From: Gammaproteobacteria bacterium
GTDB lineage: Bacteria > Pseudomonadota > Gammaproteobacteria > Eutrophobiales > Eutrophobiaceae
Assembly: GCA_021773235.1 (NCBI GenBank)
Contig: JAJFKL010000021.1
Coordinates: forward strand, 59,540-123,539
Length of the DNA: 64,000 nucleotides
Direction of reading: 5' to 3'
The position numbers and the translations under genes are program-made. Of this stretch, positions 1 to 10,803 are shown in pieces. The notes beneath the pieces were generated by a model. That model worked only from the letters and a program-made list of their open reading frames with translations, was not told the DNA's origin and did not search any database. The first letter of the stretch is position 1, and each line of letters opens with the position of its first letter.

Positions 1-851
1 GCAATCTTGTTTAATTGAGCACTTTCTTTTCTGAATATTGCGTCTTCTATTTTCTCTATAGGGTTTGATTCATTACGATTAACCTGAGCCACCTCGCAAT
101 AATAAAATATGCATTCACACAATTTCTCAGCGTAAAACTGTGGGTTCTCCAATAATCCAAAATGCGTCAGGTAGATACTTTCAGGATTGTAGCTCATTAA
201 TAAATTTATCGAATTTATCAATTTTTCAGGTGAAAACTGAACTGGTGAAGTCGTTGGAATAATATGTCGCAAATCTGGACCAATCATTTCCTGATATGAA
301 ACACCGAAAGTATCGCCAGTAAACCAGCCTTTACTCTGTTCATCCCAAATACAGATATGGTGCTCAGCATGTCCTGGAGTGTGACGAATAAGCAGTGTTC
401 TACCTGCCAAGTCAAGTTTCATCTCATCTGCTGCTTCTACAATCCTGTTTTTTGAAACGGCAATGAGTTCACCATAGAGTGAGTCATATTTCTCTTGGCC
501 ATAGACATCAATTACGCCTTTCATTAAGCGAGATGGATCTGCCAGATGTCTTGCACCTCGTGGGTGAACTATCAATTCTGCATTGGGAAATATATCCATC
601 ATGCTGCCCGCCCCACCAGCATGATCAAGATGAACATGTGTTGGAATAACATAGCGTACTTGCGAAGGCGCTATATTTTTTTTATCAAGTAATGTTAATA
701 CTCTAGCGAGACTATGATTAGTGCCCGTTTCAATGATGGCTACCTCTTCACCATGCTCAAGCAGATAAATAGCTGCCATTTTTGGTCTGATATATCCTGA
801 ATCTATACAGGTTATTCCATAATCATAGTGACTAAATATTTCTTCTGACAT
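1..851 (-). CDS. MBL-fold metallo-hydrolase, 3' end truncated by the window edge
   Basis: Not in the ORF track. Manual translation from ATG at 851 gives MSEENIFSHYDYGITCIDSGYIRPKMAAIY...IPTHVHLDHAGGAG...HTPGHAEHH...FTGDTFG, with the HxHxDH MBL motif; frame stays open to position 1. Confidence 0.88.
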   Translation of the reverse strand, partial: MSEEIFSHYDYGITCIDSGYIRPKMAAIYLLEHGEEVAIIETGTNHSLARVLTLLDKKNIAPSQVRYVIPTHVHLDHAGGAGSMMDIFPNAELIVHPRGARHLADPSRLMKGVIDVYGQEKYDSLYGELIAVSKNRIVEAADEMKLDLAGRTLLIRHTPGHAEHHICIWDEQSKGWFTGDTFGVSYQEMIGPDLRHIIPTTSPVQFSPEKLINSINLLMSYNPESIYLTHFGLLENPQFYAEKLCECIFYYCEVAQVNRNESNPIEKIEDAIFRKESAQLNKI

Positions 852-899
852 GCGTTTATAATAACTAACTTGGATGGATTGTTAAGAATAATAGAAGAA

Positions 900-1721
900 C
901 TAAACCTTAATTAGAATCTTATCTAAAAGAAACCCCGGAAGGATGCGTTTGAGGATTGCAAATAAATAAGTAGGGAACGTCACATAGTAACGCGCCTTTG
1001 GATTATCACTTTCCAGCGCATGTACCACCTTCTTAAGTACTGCTTCAGGTCCTAATGAGAATGGCACGGTATAGTTTTCGCCGATTAATTCATTTTCTAT
1101 CTTAGCGTAGTCTTCTTTGAAGTGACTGTGTTCTTTGTTAACCACTGATTGAAAATTATTAAGCGCGTTATTTCTGAAACTACTAGTTATTGGTCCGGGT
1201 TCGATTAAGCTAACTTTTATACCGGTATCATTTAATTCATATCGCATTGCATCGCTAATTGCTTCCAATGCATATTTTGACGCACAGTATGGTCCTCGGT
1301 ATTTCATTGTGATAAAACCAAGTACTGAACTTATTTGAATAATGCGACCGGTATGTTTCTTACGCATTACGGGAATTAATAAATTGGTTAATTCCTGTGT
1401 ACCAAAGATATTAGTTTCAAATTGATCTCGTAATGCCATTACGGGAATATCTTCCATGGCGCCGGTTAGACCATAAGCAGCGTTGTTTACCAATCCATAG
1501 AGTTGGTCATTCGTTTTGCTTAAAAGCGTTACAACAGCGGCTTGAATTGATTTAGTGTCGGCAAGGTCGAGCATAATCGCCTCGAAACCTGCCTTGCTTA
1601 ATGCATCGATATCTTCTTTTTTTCTTGCGGTAACAAAAACATTAAAGCCACGTTCTTTTAGTCCGTCAGCGATACAACGTCCTATACCTGATGAACAACC
1701 TGTTACGAGTACATGTTTCAT
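900..1721 (-). CDS. Short-chain dehydrogenase/reductase (YbbO-like SDR)
   Basis: TGCSSGIG Rossmann motif, NNAAYG, YCASK catalytic YxxxK; 4-bp overlap with the RND stop codon. Confidence 0.9.
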   Translation of the reverse strand: MKHVLVTGCSSGIGRCIADGLKERGFNVFVTARKKEDIDALSKAGFEAIMLDLADTKSIQAAVVTLLSKTNDQLYGLVNNAAYGLTGAMEDIPVMALRDQFETNIFGTQELTNLLIPVMRKKHTGRIIQISSVLGFITMKYRGPYCASKYALEAISDAMRYELNDTGIKVSLIEPGPITSSFRNNALNNFQSVVNKEHSHFKEDYAKIENELIGENYTVPFSLGPEAVLKKVVHALESDNPKARYYVTFPTYLFAILKRILPGFLLDKILIKV

Positions 1722-4700
1722 ACTGTTACATTTCCATCTGCTTTCTCACCTTTCCATTTAAAAACCCACGTACGAATATCGTCAGCGATTAAATAGAAGC
1801 ACGGTAAGGTTAGCAGGATTAAGACCGTCGCAAACAATAAACCAAAACCAAGACTAACGGCCATCGGTGATAAGAATGCGGTTTGTCCGGTTGCGAAAAA
1901 GATGAGAGGTGACACCCCAAGAAAGGTTGTAATCGTTGTTAAGATTATAGGCCTAGCTCTTACCTTACCTGCTTCAACAATAGCTGTGATTCTTTCATTT
2001 CCTTCTCTACGCAGGCGTTTTATAAAATCGACCATAATTAAAGAGTCGTTAACAATGATACCGGATAAGGCCAACATGCCGACTGCGGATAAAAACTGGA
2101 TATTGTAACCAAACACGGCATGCCCAATCACAACACCAATGAATCCAAACGGAATAGCAAACATTACTACTAAGGGATCAACTAATGATTTGAAGAGTGC
2201 CGTTAACATAAAAAAGATAACTGCGAGTGCAATGATCAATGCTTGATTCATACCTTTGAACGAATCGGCTGCTCTTTTCTTTTCGCCTAAATATAATAAT
2301 GAATAAGGACGTTTATCTGCTGCTTTGCCAAAGACATCGTTGATCTGTTCTGTTACTACGCTTGGTGTTGTAATCGATGTATCAACATCAGCAGTGATCT
2401 TAGCCATACGTTGTGAATCACGCCGACGTATTTGATTTAAACCACGGCCAATACTGATATCGGCGACATCATTCAGATAAACTGTTTGCCCTGTTGTAAG
2501 AATGATAGGCAGGCTATTCAAACTTGTCGATTGTTCGCGCATTGATTCTGGATAGATAACACGCACAGGCAAACGTTTATCTTCCCAGGTAACATGAACT
2601 ACTTCGTTACCCAGATAACCGCTACGTACAGCACTGGCTAATTCGTTTTGTGTTAGGCCGAGACGTTTACCACGTTCATTTAATTGGTATTTATATTCCA
2701 ATTTGCCCGGCTCTTGGTCATGCACGACATCATTTACACCGGGCATGCGTTTCATATAATCACTTATCTCAACCGCAGTTTTATGTAACACACCAAGATC
2801 AGCACTGACGATGCCAAGCTCAATATCATCACCGGCCGGTCCTGCATTTGGTTTCAGAATACTCAAACGATCCACACCGGGTACTTGTAATAGATCCTTT
2901 CTAATGACATTAATGATTTCATCTGCACTTCGAGTCCGTTTACCACTCATATTAAAATCAAAACTGACTATAGGTGTAACCCATTCTTCAATAAAGCTAG
3001 CAGGCACCGGTTTTTGCAAGTCGATGACAAACTGCAATATATTACTTCCCGTTTTACTTCGGTTTGGGTCGATCACGCTAACACCGACATTAGTCAATAA
3101 TGTGAGTAACTCATCTTCTGTCATGAGTGCATTTACTCTGTCTTCAAGTTCAACTGCCAGCTCAAGCGTATCCTCAAGACTGTAGGTATTAGGTGCTTCT
3201 ATATTGACAAAGAACTGTCCTATTTCCACATCACCAAATAACTGAAAGGGCAAGCGCGTACCCGCATAAGTAAGACTGATAGCCAAGGCACCAATACTAA
3301 GTACTGCAACAAAATAACGATTCATTGCCGACCAATGCAATATCCGAGCGTATCTATTTAAAATAGCGGTCCAATTAAATCGTGGTTTCTTTTTTTCAAG
3401 TTTCAAGATATGTCCTGCATGCGAAGGCAATACGACAAACGCTTCAAGGAGTGACCCAACGAGAGCGCAGCAAACAACAACCGGGATTACTTTTATAAAC
3501 GCACCTAATATCCCGCCAATTGCAAACATCGGTAAGAATGCAGCAATGGTGGTTAATGTTGAGACAACTACAGGCCAGAAGACTTCTTTCGCACCTAATG
3601 AAGATGCTTCCATTGGAGTCATCCCCGCTTCAATATGCCGATATACATTCTCTGTGACGATGATTGCATCATCGACGATCATTCCCAGCACAATCAAGAA
3701 CGCAAACAAGGAGACCATGTTGATCGTGTAATCGAAATAATAAAGTAGAATGACGGTGAAGAGGAACGATACTGGTATTCCAAAAGCGGTGATTGCCGCT
3801 ATACGAAAGTTCAATAGTATATATAGGGAAATCAAAACCAGTATCAATCCGATCAAGCCTGATGATTTCACCAGATTTAAACGCGTCTTGACATAGATAG
3901 ACGAATCCGTGTGATACCCGGCATTAATACTTTCGGGTAGTTCCTCACTGAGCTCATCAGCCAACGCTCTTATTTTTTCTGAGATACGTATCGTTGATGC
4001 CTCTCCTGTCTTTGTTACTGTTAAGTTAACCGAGGGCTTTCCATTAAATCGTGCGTAGGTTTCTGCTTCCTCAAACCGGCGAACTACTTTGGCAACATGG
4101 CCCAATTTTAATTCACCACCATTGGCATTTGTGCGTAAGACTATTTGTTCAATATTCTCCGGTTCAGGTTTAACACCCTTTCCTCTTAAACGTATATCAC
4201 CTTCATTTGATTTTATTGATCCTCCAGGTTGATCAACTAGATTATTTCTAAGCGCATCATTAACCTGAGCTAAGGGGATATTAAGTGCTGCCAACTCATG
4301 TGGATTGATCTCAACCCAAATCTCCCAGTCGCGTTCACCTGCCATGCCGACACTTGCGACACCTTTAATCTTCTGCATTTTTCTACGGGCTTTTTCTGAA
4401 TACTCGTACAAGTCAGCTTTGGAAAGATTGCCAAAGAGTGTGAGTGTAATTACTGGGAAACGTGTACGGATACGATTTAATCCTGGTTCTTCAGCTTCAT
4501 CAGGCAAATCATCTACGCGATCAATCAATGTTCTGGTATCACGCATAAAATCATCTACGTTTGAACCCGACTTTAACTTTATATATATACTGGAAAGACC
4601 TTCCTTACTAGTGGAATGGATGTAATCGATATCCTGGCTGTCTTCGAATTCTTCTTCGATAGGCAGCGTCACTTGTTGTTCTACTTCTGCAGGCGAAGCA

Positions 4701-4858
4701 CCTTCATAGGTGGTTTGAATGCTTATCAAATCCAGATCCACAACCGGAAATATTTCCTGAGGTAAACCACGCCAAGCAAACACCCCCATTATTAAAACAA
4801 TAAAGAGACTTAGATTGATTAATAATGGGTTTTTAAGTGAAAAATGAATTAGTGGCAT
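1718..4858 (-). CDS. RND efflux permease (AcrB/AcrD/AcrF family)
   Basis: 1046 aa with RND topology; GASPAEVEQQVTLPIEE, TM4 GMIVDDAII, TM11 RARPIILTT. Confidence 0.93.
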   Translation of the reverse strand: MPLIHFSLKNPLLINLSLFIVLIMGVFAWRGLPQEIFPVVDLDLISIQTTYEGASPAEVEQQVTLPIEEEFEDSQDIDYIHSTSKEGLSSIYIKLKSGSNVDDFMRDTRTLIDRVDDLPDEAEEPGLNRIRTRFPVITLTLFGNLSKADLYEYSEKARRKMQKIKGVASVGMAGERDWEIWVEINPHELAALNIPLAQVNDALRNNLVDQPGGSIKSNEGDIRLRGKGVKPEPENIEQIVLRTNANGGELKLGHVAKVVRRFEEAETYARFNGKPSVNLTVTKTGEASTIRISEKIRALADELSEELPESINAGYHTDSSIYVKTRLNLVKSSGLIGLILVLISLYILLNFRIAAITAFGIPVSFLFTVILLYYFDYTINMVSLFAFLIVLGMIVDDAIIVTENVYRHIEAGMTPMEASSLGAKEVFWPVVVSTLTTIAAFLPMFAIGGILGAFIKVIPVVVCCALVGSLLEAFVVLPSHAGHILKLEKKKPRFNWTAILNRYARILHWSAMNRYFVAVLSIGALAISLTYAGTRLPFQLFGDVEIGQFFVNIEAPNTYSLEDTLELAVELEDRVNALMTEDELLTLLTNVGVSVIDPNRSKTGSNILQFVIDLQKPVPASFIEEWVTPIVSFDFNMSGKRTRSADEIINVIRKDLLQVPGVDRLSILKPNAGPAGDDIELGIVSADLGVLHKTAVEISDYMKRMPGVNDVVHDQEPGKLEYKYQLNERGKRLGLTQNELASAVRSGYLGNEVVHVTWEDKRLPVRVIYPESMREQSTSLNSLPIILTTGQTVYLNDVADISIGRGLNQIRRRDSQRMAKITADVDTSITTPSVVTEQINDVFGKAADKRPYSLLYLGEKKRAADSFKGMNQALIIALAVIFFMLTALFKSLVDPLVVMFAIPFGFIGVVIGHAVFGYNIQFLSAVGMLALSGIIVNDSLIMVDFIKRLRREGNERITAIVEAGKVRARPIILTTITTFLGVSPLIFFATGQTAFLSPMAVSLGFGLLFATVLILLTLPCFYLIADDIRTWVFKWKGEKADGNVTV

Positions 4859-4891
4859 GATTAAATATTAAACAGACTTAAAGTTTCTGTT

Positions 4892-6028
4892 TTAAGGGAT
4901 GATAACGGCTTGACCATCAGCCAAACTGGAAACATCCTTGCTTATTATGGTGCTGCCAGATTCAATTCCTGCAATCACTTGAACATCCTTATATCGCTCA
5001 ATCAACTTAACTGTTCTTTTAACTGCACGATTATCAATTACTTCAAAAACGTAAGACTGTCCGTCTTCATACAAAATGGCGCTTATAGGAATAACATTTG
5101 CAGCTTTATAAAAATTTCCAGGCAATTGAGCGACTGCTAATTGTCCTGCAAACAACCCATCTGACGGTAGACGTATTTTTAATGCATGGGTGTTTGTCTC
5201 TGCATCAGGAGCAACTGCTAGTGCGATTATCTGCCCTTCTCTTTCATCACTATTGGTTGTTACTTTTATATTCTGTCCTAACTGTAATTGCGCTGCTGAT
5301 GTCCCTGTTATTTCGAGATTTAAATCAAGCTTATCAACTTGCACAATCTCAAGTGCTGCTTGACCCGGTGAAACATAATCACCGATTTCTACATAAATAT
5401 CATTAACTGTCCCATCAAATGGAGAAATCAATTGAGCTCGCTTAAGGTTTCTTTCTGCTTTATTGAGACGGGCCTGTTCTATCATCAAACGAGATCGCGC
5501 TGAATCCACACTGTGTTTGAGTCGCGCCTCTTCAGCTTGCTGTCGATATAAAGCTTGTAACGCCTGATCATAATTTGATTTTGATGCCAGTGAATCCCGG
5601 CCTAGTTTTTTAATTCTAGCGACTTCTTGTTCTTGTAATCCACGCTCTTGTCGCATCAATTCCAATAATCGAGAATCTCGTTCAATAGCGGCTCGTTCCG
5701 TTTTTAATATTGCTATCGACTCTTCTACAGCATCCCGAAAATCACCCGATTCAATACTGAGCATTTGGCCGTTTTCTGTAACATATTGACCCGCTTCAAC
5801 AAATCGTCGATCTATTTGCCCGGAAACCTGAAAATGGAGGCGTGCTCTTCGAGCCGGTTGCAATTTCCCGGTAACTTCTGTGATAGGCTGGATGTCACTT
5901 TTCTCCACAATATCGACATTCACCGTGGGTGGCGGTAAAGACTGAAGTTCAGCGTGGGTATCAGGCCTCGTCCAAAATAAGGCCATTACTATCACTAGCG
6001 AAACAGTGCTTATAAAGAGTATTCTCAT
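4892..6028 (-). CDS. RND periplasmic adaptor (membrane fusion protein)
   Basis: N-terminal anchor, lipoyl halves (FQVSGQI...VEAGQYV and ISPFDGTV...VEIGDYV) around a coiled-coil hairpin; directly upstream of the RND gene. Confidence 0.9.
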   Translation of the reverse strand: MRILFISTVSLVIVMALFWTRPDTHAELQSLPPPTVNVDIVEKSDIQPITEVTGKLQPARRARLHFQVSGQIDRRFVEAGQYVTENGQMLSIESGDFRDAVEESIAILKTERAAIERDSRLLELMRQERGLQEQEVARIKKLGRDSLASKSNYDQALQALYRQQAEEARLKHSVDSARSRLMIEQARLNKAERNLKRAQLISPFDGTVNDIYVEIGDYVSPGQAALEIVQVDKLDLNLEITGTSAAQLQLGQNIKVTTNSDEREGQIIALAVAPDAETNTHALKIRLPSDGLFAGQLAVAQLPGNFYKAANVIPISAILYEDGQSYVFEVIDNRAVKRTVKLIERYKDVQVIAGIESGSTIISKDVSSLADGQAVIIP

Positions 6029-6184
6029 CAGATTAATTATGTATTGATTTGCTTATTTTTAACCAAAAATAGACGCGATTAAGTGTTTGACAATGATATT
6101 GAATAAAAATTTGAAGATAAAACCATTGTATGTGATTTTAGACACTATAAACTAGGCGAATAACAATAAAATACACGGAACGGA

Positions 6185-8467
6185 ATGAGGCTTGTACTGA
6201 ACAAATTCATAGCATTTAGTGGTGTCGGATTGCTATCGCTAGGACTAACGCCGGGGGTAACTGCCGCTGAACTTGGTGGCGATTATAAAACACTTCTCTG
6301 CCCACAAGGACTCAATATCCCCGAGAGACCACATGTCGATGCTGTATTGGAACCCGGTGATACTCATATGGCTGCTGATAACGCAGATCTGATTGAAAAT
6401 GGCATCTCAACCTTAGTCGGTAACGCAGAAATAACTCAAAATGCCCAGCAAGTCTCAGCAGATAATATTGAATATAATCAACCCAACGATACTGCTAATT
6501 TAGACGGTAATGTTAATTATTGGGATGAAACAACATTTTTAAATAGTAAGGATGCTTTTTTACAATTTGATAATGGGATTGGTGAGTTTTCTGATGCTGA
6601 CTATACCTTGATAGATAGTCGTGGAAGAGGCGATGCTGAGAAATTGACCTTAGATATTGGTACTCGTACTGATATGGAAAAACTTGAATATACAACTTGT
6701 GACCCAGGTGATGAATTCTGGAGTTTCACAGCAAGCAGTCTATCTTTAGACCACGAGGAAAACCACGGTACAGCGCGAAATGTTGTACTTAGAATTAAAG
6801 ATTACCCAGTCTTCTATACTCCTTACATGTCATTTCCTCTCAGTAAAGAACGTAAAACCGGGTTTCTAGCACCAAGCTATGGCACAACAAACAGAAATGG
6901 CTTCGAATTTCGTACACCCTATTACTGGAATATATCTCCAAATATGGATGCAACATTAACACCTCGTTTGTTGACCGATAGTGGTGTTATGGCTATGGGT
7001 GAATATCGTTACTTACATTCTAGTGGTAGCGGTGAAATAAACCTTGAATATTTACCTAGTGATAATGGTAGAGGTGATGAACACAGAAATTATATAGATC
7101 TTGAACTTAACCAACGTTTTTTAAGTTCAGGTAATGTATTTGCCACATATAGCAGGGTTTCTGACAAGTTTTATTTCGAAGATTTTGGTAGCCAGCTAAG
7201 TGTCACCAGCACCTCATTTCTAGAGCAACGGGCGGATGTAGTTTACACAGGAACAAACTGGAATATATTTGCAAGAGTACAAAACTTTCAAACTGTAAAT
7301 CGTAGCATACCCAATATAGCCAGACCTTATAAACGACTACCACAAATTGTCTATAATTATAATCAACCTAAGAAAAGTCAAAAACTGAACTTTGGATTTA
7401 GAAGTGAGGCTGTTTATTTTGATAGAGGGGATGACGCTGTATTTGTTGATGCTAAAACTAATGTAAATGGGTTACGTTTAGACTTAAAACCTTATGTTAG
7501 TTTGCCATTATCAACACAAGCAACTTTTCTTGAACCAAAACTAACATTACGATATACACAATATGCCTTAGATGATAACCCATCTTTTAAGTCCAGCCCA
7601 AATCGTGTCTTGCCAATATTTAGCCTAAATAGTGGAGTTTTTTTGGAAAGGGAGACAAGCCTTTTTGGTAATGATTTCATACAGACACTTGAACCTCGTC
7701 TATTTTATTTATTTGTCCCACATGATGGGCAAACCGATCTTCCTGTATTCGATACTGGCCAATATACGTTTTCATTTGCATCCCTGTTTTATGAAGATAG
7801 GTTTAGTAGTGCTGACCGTGTTGGTGATGCTAATCAACTTACATGGGCTGTAACGTCACAATTAATACAACAAGATACAGGGGAAAGTTTTGGTTCCGTT
7901 AGTCTCGGTCAGTTAGTCTATTTCCGTGATAGAGAAGTGACGCTTCCTGGTACCTCGGAAAGAGGCCAAGGCATTTCCTCATTTGTTGCCTCATTTAATA
8001 CTAGTATAGTCAAAGACACTTATATCAGCGGGGACTTCCAATGGAACCCAAAGGTCTCTAATGGCACAGAGAAAATTACTCTGCAATCTACTTATAACCC
8101 TGGTGCAGGTAAAATTATAAACTTGGCCTATCGCATAGTTAGAAACAATGAATTTAATTTCGTAGGTACCGATATAGATCAAAGTGACATATCATTTCGC
8201 TGGCCGATCAGAAACAACTGGAGTGTTGTCGGGCGATGGAATTATGCAATCCCTGAAGGACGCTCATTAGAATTATTTGGCGGTGTTGAATATGAAGATT
8301 GTTGCTGGGGCGTTAGGGCAGTGGCTCGACGATTCTTATCTAGCATAGACGGCGAATTTGATACCGGCATATTCTTACAAATGGAGCTAAAAGGACTGGC
8401 GGGAATAGGTAAAAAGACAGTAGACTTCCTTAAACAACAGATCCCCGGTTACCGTAGTGAATTTTAG
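6185..8467 (+). CDS. lptD: LPS-assembly protein LptD
   Basis: YTTCDPG, PVFYTPY, TPYYWNISPN, QTLEPRLFYLFVP, DRFSSADRVGDANQ, YEDCCW motifs; lptD-surA-pdxA-rsmA order. Confidence 0.96.
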   Translation: MRLVLNKFIAFSGVGLLSLGLTPGVTAAELGGDYKTLLCPQGLNIPERPHVDAVLEPGDTHMAADNADLIENGISTLVGNAEITQNAQQVSADNIEYNQPNDTANLDGNVNYWDETTFLNSKDAFLQFDNGIGEFSDADYTLIDSRGRGDAEKLTLDIGTRTDMEKLEYTTCDPGDEFWSFTASSLSLDHEENHGTARNVVLRIKDYPVFYTPYMSFPLSKERKTGFLAPSYGTTNRNGFEFRTPYYWNISPNMDATLTPRLLTDSGVMAMGEYRYLHSSGSGEINLEYLPSDNGRGDEHRNYIDLELNQRFLSSGNVFATYSRVSDKFYFEDFGSQLSVTSTSFLEQRADVVYTGTNWNIFARVQNFQTVNRSIPNIARPYKRLPQIVYNYNQPKKSQKLNFGFRSEAVYFDRGDDAVFVDAKTNVNGLRLDLKPYVSLPLSTQATFLEPKLTLRYTQYALDDNPSFKSSPNRVLPIFSLNSGVFLERETSLFGNDFIQTLEPRLFYLFVPHDGQTDLPVFDTGQYTFSFASLFYEDRFSSADRVGDANQLTWAVTSQLIQQDTGESFGSVSLGQLVYFRDREVTLPGTSERGQGISSFVASFNTSIVKDTYISGDFQWNPKVSNGTEKITLQSTYNPGAGKIINLAYRIVRNNEFNFVGTDIDQSDISFRWPIRNNWSVVGRWNYAIPEGRSLELFGGVEYEDCCWGVRAVARRFLSSIDGEFDTGIFLQMELKGLAGIGKKTVDFLKQQIPGYRSEF

Positions 8468-9767
8468 ACATTTCCAGATTAGACTCCGACATTATATGTT
8501 GGGGTTGCTTACCCTATTTTTATTTCAGTCAAATGCATACTGCTATGTGCCACTTGATCGTATTGTTGCCGTAGTCAATGACGACGTAATTATGCAAAGC
8601 GAACTGGAGACAAAGATTCGAACTGTACGTGGTCAATTACAACAACAAGGGACTCAATTACCGCCGGCATCTATTCTCGAACGTCAGGTATTGGATAAAA
8701 TGGTTCAAACCCGTATTCAGTTGCAGATTGCTCAAAGAACCGGCGTCAAAGTAGACGACGAATCGCTAAATCGAACTATCAGCAATATCGCTTCTGAAAA
8801 TCAAGTGTCATTAAGTCAATTTCGCGAGATCTTGGAACAAGATGGGTATAATTATGAACGGTTTCGAGAAGACATCCGTAACGAAATAACATTGAGTCAA
8901 TTACGCAAACGACAAGTCGACAATCGTATTGTTGTTACTGAAAAAGAAATTGATAACTTTCTGGTAAATCAGGAATTTCAGGGAACGACTCAAACCGAAA
9001 TACAAATCTCTCACATATTACTAGCGTTACCTTCAGCAGCAACTCCAGATGAACTTGCACAAGTTCGCCAAGTTGCGCATCAAGTACGCGAAGATCTTCT
9101 GTCTGGCGCAGATTTTGCCGATACGGCAAAAACTACTTCTGATGGAGGCAATGCTGAAAATGGTGGCGATCTAGGCTGGCGAAAAATGGAAGATGTACCA
9201 TCCTTATTCGCAGACTATCTTCCCGATATGGAAAAAGGCGATATCAGTGAATTAATCCAGAGTCCCAGTGGCTTTCACATTATTAAGATTTCTAATATTC
9301 GAAGTGATGAGAAAAATATCGTCCAGCAAACGCATGCAAGACATATATTGATAAAACCAGACGATCTCATTTCTAGCACACAAGCAAGAGATAAAGCGGA
9401 ACAGTTAAAAGTTCGTATTGAAAATGGTGACGACTTTGCATTATTAGCTAAAGGTAACTCTGATGATCCAGGTAGCGCCATAAAGGGCGGAGACCTGGGT
9501 TGGCAAACACCCGGTGCTTTAGTCCCCGAATTTCAAAAAGCAATGGATAGTATGGAACCTGGCCTAGTCAGTAAGCCTTTTAAAACTGATTATGGATGGC
9601 ATATCCTTGAAGTAATAGAACGCCGAGAGCATGATAATAGCGAAAGCGTAAAACGTGCTAAAGCTAGGTATGCCATTAGAAATCGAAAATTGGAAGAGGC
9701 TATGCAAAACTGGACCCGTCAACTTCGAGACGAAGCCTATGTCGAATATCGCCTAGATGAAATATGA
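8457..9767 (+). CDS. surA: Periplasmic chaperone/PPIase SurA
   Basis: LDRIVAVVNDDVI N-terminus, two parvulin domains (GGDLGW twice), synteny. True start may be the later ATG near 8496. Confidence 0.95.
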   Translation: MNFRHFQIRLRHYMLGLLTLFLFQSNAYCYVPLDRIVAVVNDDVIMQSELETKIRTVRGQLQQQGTQLPPASILERQVLDKMVQTRIQLQIAQRTGVKVDDESLNRTISNIASENQVSLSQFREILEQDGYNYERFREDIRNEITLSQLRKRQVDNRIVVTEKEIDNFLVNQEFQGTTQTEIQISHILLALPSAATPDELAQVRQVAHQVREDLLSGADFADTAKTTSDGGNAENGGDLGWRKMEDVPSLFADYLPDMEKGDISELIQSPSGFHIIKISNIRSDEKNIVQQTHARHILIKPDDLISSTQARDKAEQLKVRIENGDDFALLAKGNSDDPGSAIKGGDLGWQTPGALVPEFQKAMDSMEPGLVSKPFKTDYGWHILEVIERREHDNSESVKRAKARYAIRNRKLEEAMQNWTRQLRDEAYVEYRLDEI

Positions 9768-10803
9768 GCAAAGCAAACCACGAATCTTAGTATCGAGCGG
9801 TGAGCCTGCTGGAATTGGTCCAGATTTAATAATAAAAGTAGCTCAAATTGATCATCAATATGACCTGACTATTATAGGTGACCCTGATCTACTTATAGAA
9901 CGTGCAAAATATTTATCTCTCCCTTTAGAAATTCACACGCTATCAAATACTAGTAATTCTCAATATTCAAATAATCCTGATTCATTAAGAGTCATCCCTG
10001 TTAAATTAAACACGGCATGTATTCCAGGCGAATTGGATACTCGCAATGCAGGCTATGTTCTTGAGTTACTTGATATAGCCTCACGTGAATGTTTATCAAA
10101 AAACTATGACGCCATTGTCACAGCACCCATACAAAAATCTATTATTAATGACTCTGGGGTAAATTTTAGTGGTCATACCGAGTATTTTGCGAAACGGTGC
10201 GGTGATGTGTTACCTGTGATGTTACTTGCCTGTCCGGAATTACGTGTAGCACTGGTAACTACTCATTTAGCCTTGCGTGATGTGCCTGATGCAATAACAT
10301 CAGAAAGAGTTGAAAAGACTATCCGTATTGTTATCGATGAAATGCAGAAACGATTTGGCATTAAGAACCCTAGAATTACTGTATGCGGCTTAAACCCCCA
10401 TGCTGGCGAAGGCGGGCATCTTGGGACCGAAGAAATCACAATTATCTCACCCGTGATTGACGAATATATAAAACAAGGACACGCAATCACAGGACCATTA
10501 CCTGCAGACACGGCTTTTAACTCTGATTTACGAAACAATACAGACGCGTTTATTTGTATGTACCACGATCAGGGGCTACCAGTCCTCAAAACACTTGGTT
10601 TTGGCGAGGCTGTGAATATCACTCTTGGTCTGCCCATTATCAGAACATCAGTAGATCATGGCACGGCACTAGAATTAGCAGGAACCGGTAAAGCCGAATG
10701 TAATAGTCTATTAGCCGCGATAAACATGGCAAATGAATTATCACGACATCAGTTAGACTCAGCAAATTTATACAATAGTTCTGAAACTGTTGATGAACAC
10801 TGA
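9757..10803 (+). CDS. pdxA: 4-hydroxythreonine-4-phosphate dehydrogenase
   Basis: GEPAGIGPD, GHTE, GLNPHAGEGG, MYHDQGL, RTSVDHGTA motifs. Confidence 0.96.
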   Translation: MKYEQSKPRILVSSGEPAGIGPDLIIKVAQIDHQYDLTIIGDPDLLIERAKYLSLPLEIHTLSNTSNSQYSNNPDSLRVIPVKLNTACIPGELDTRNAGYVLELLDIASRECLSKNYDAIVTAPIQKSIINDSGVNFSGHTEYFAKRCGDVLPVMLLACPELRVALVTTHLALRDVPDAITSERVEKTIRIVIDEMQKRFGIKNPRITVCGLNPHAGEGGHLGTEEITIISPVIDEYIKQGHAITGPLPADTAFNSDLRNNTDAFICMYHDQGLPVLKTLGFGEAVNITLGLPIIRTSVDHGTALELAGTGKAECNSLLAAINMANELSRHQLDSANLYNSSETVDEH

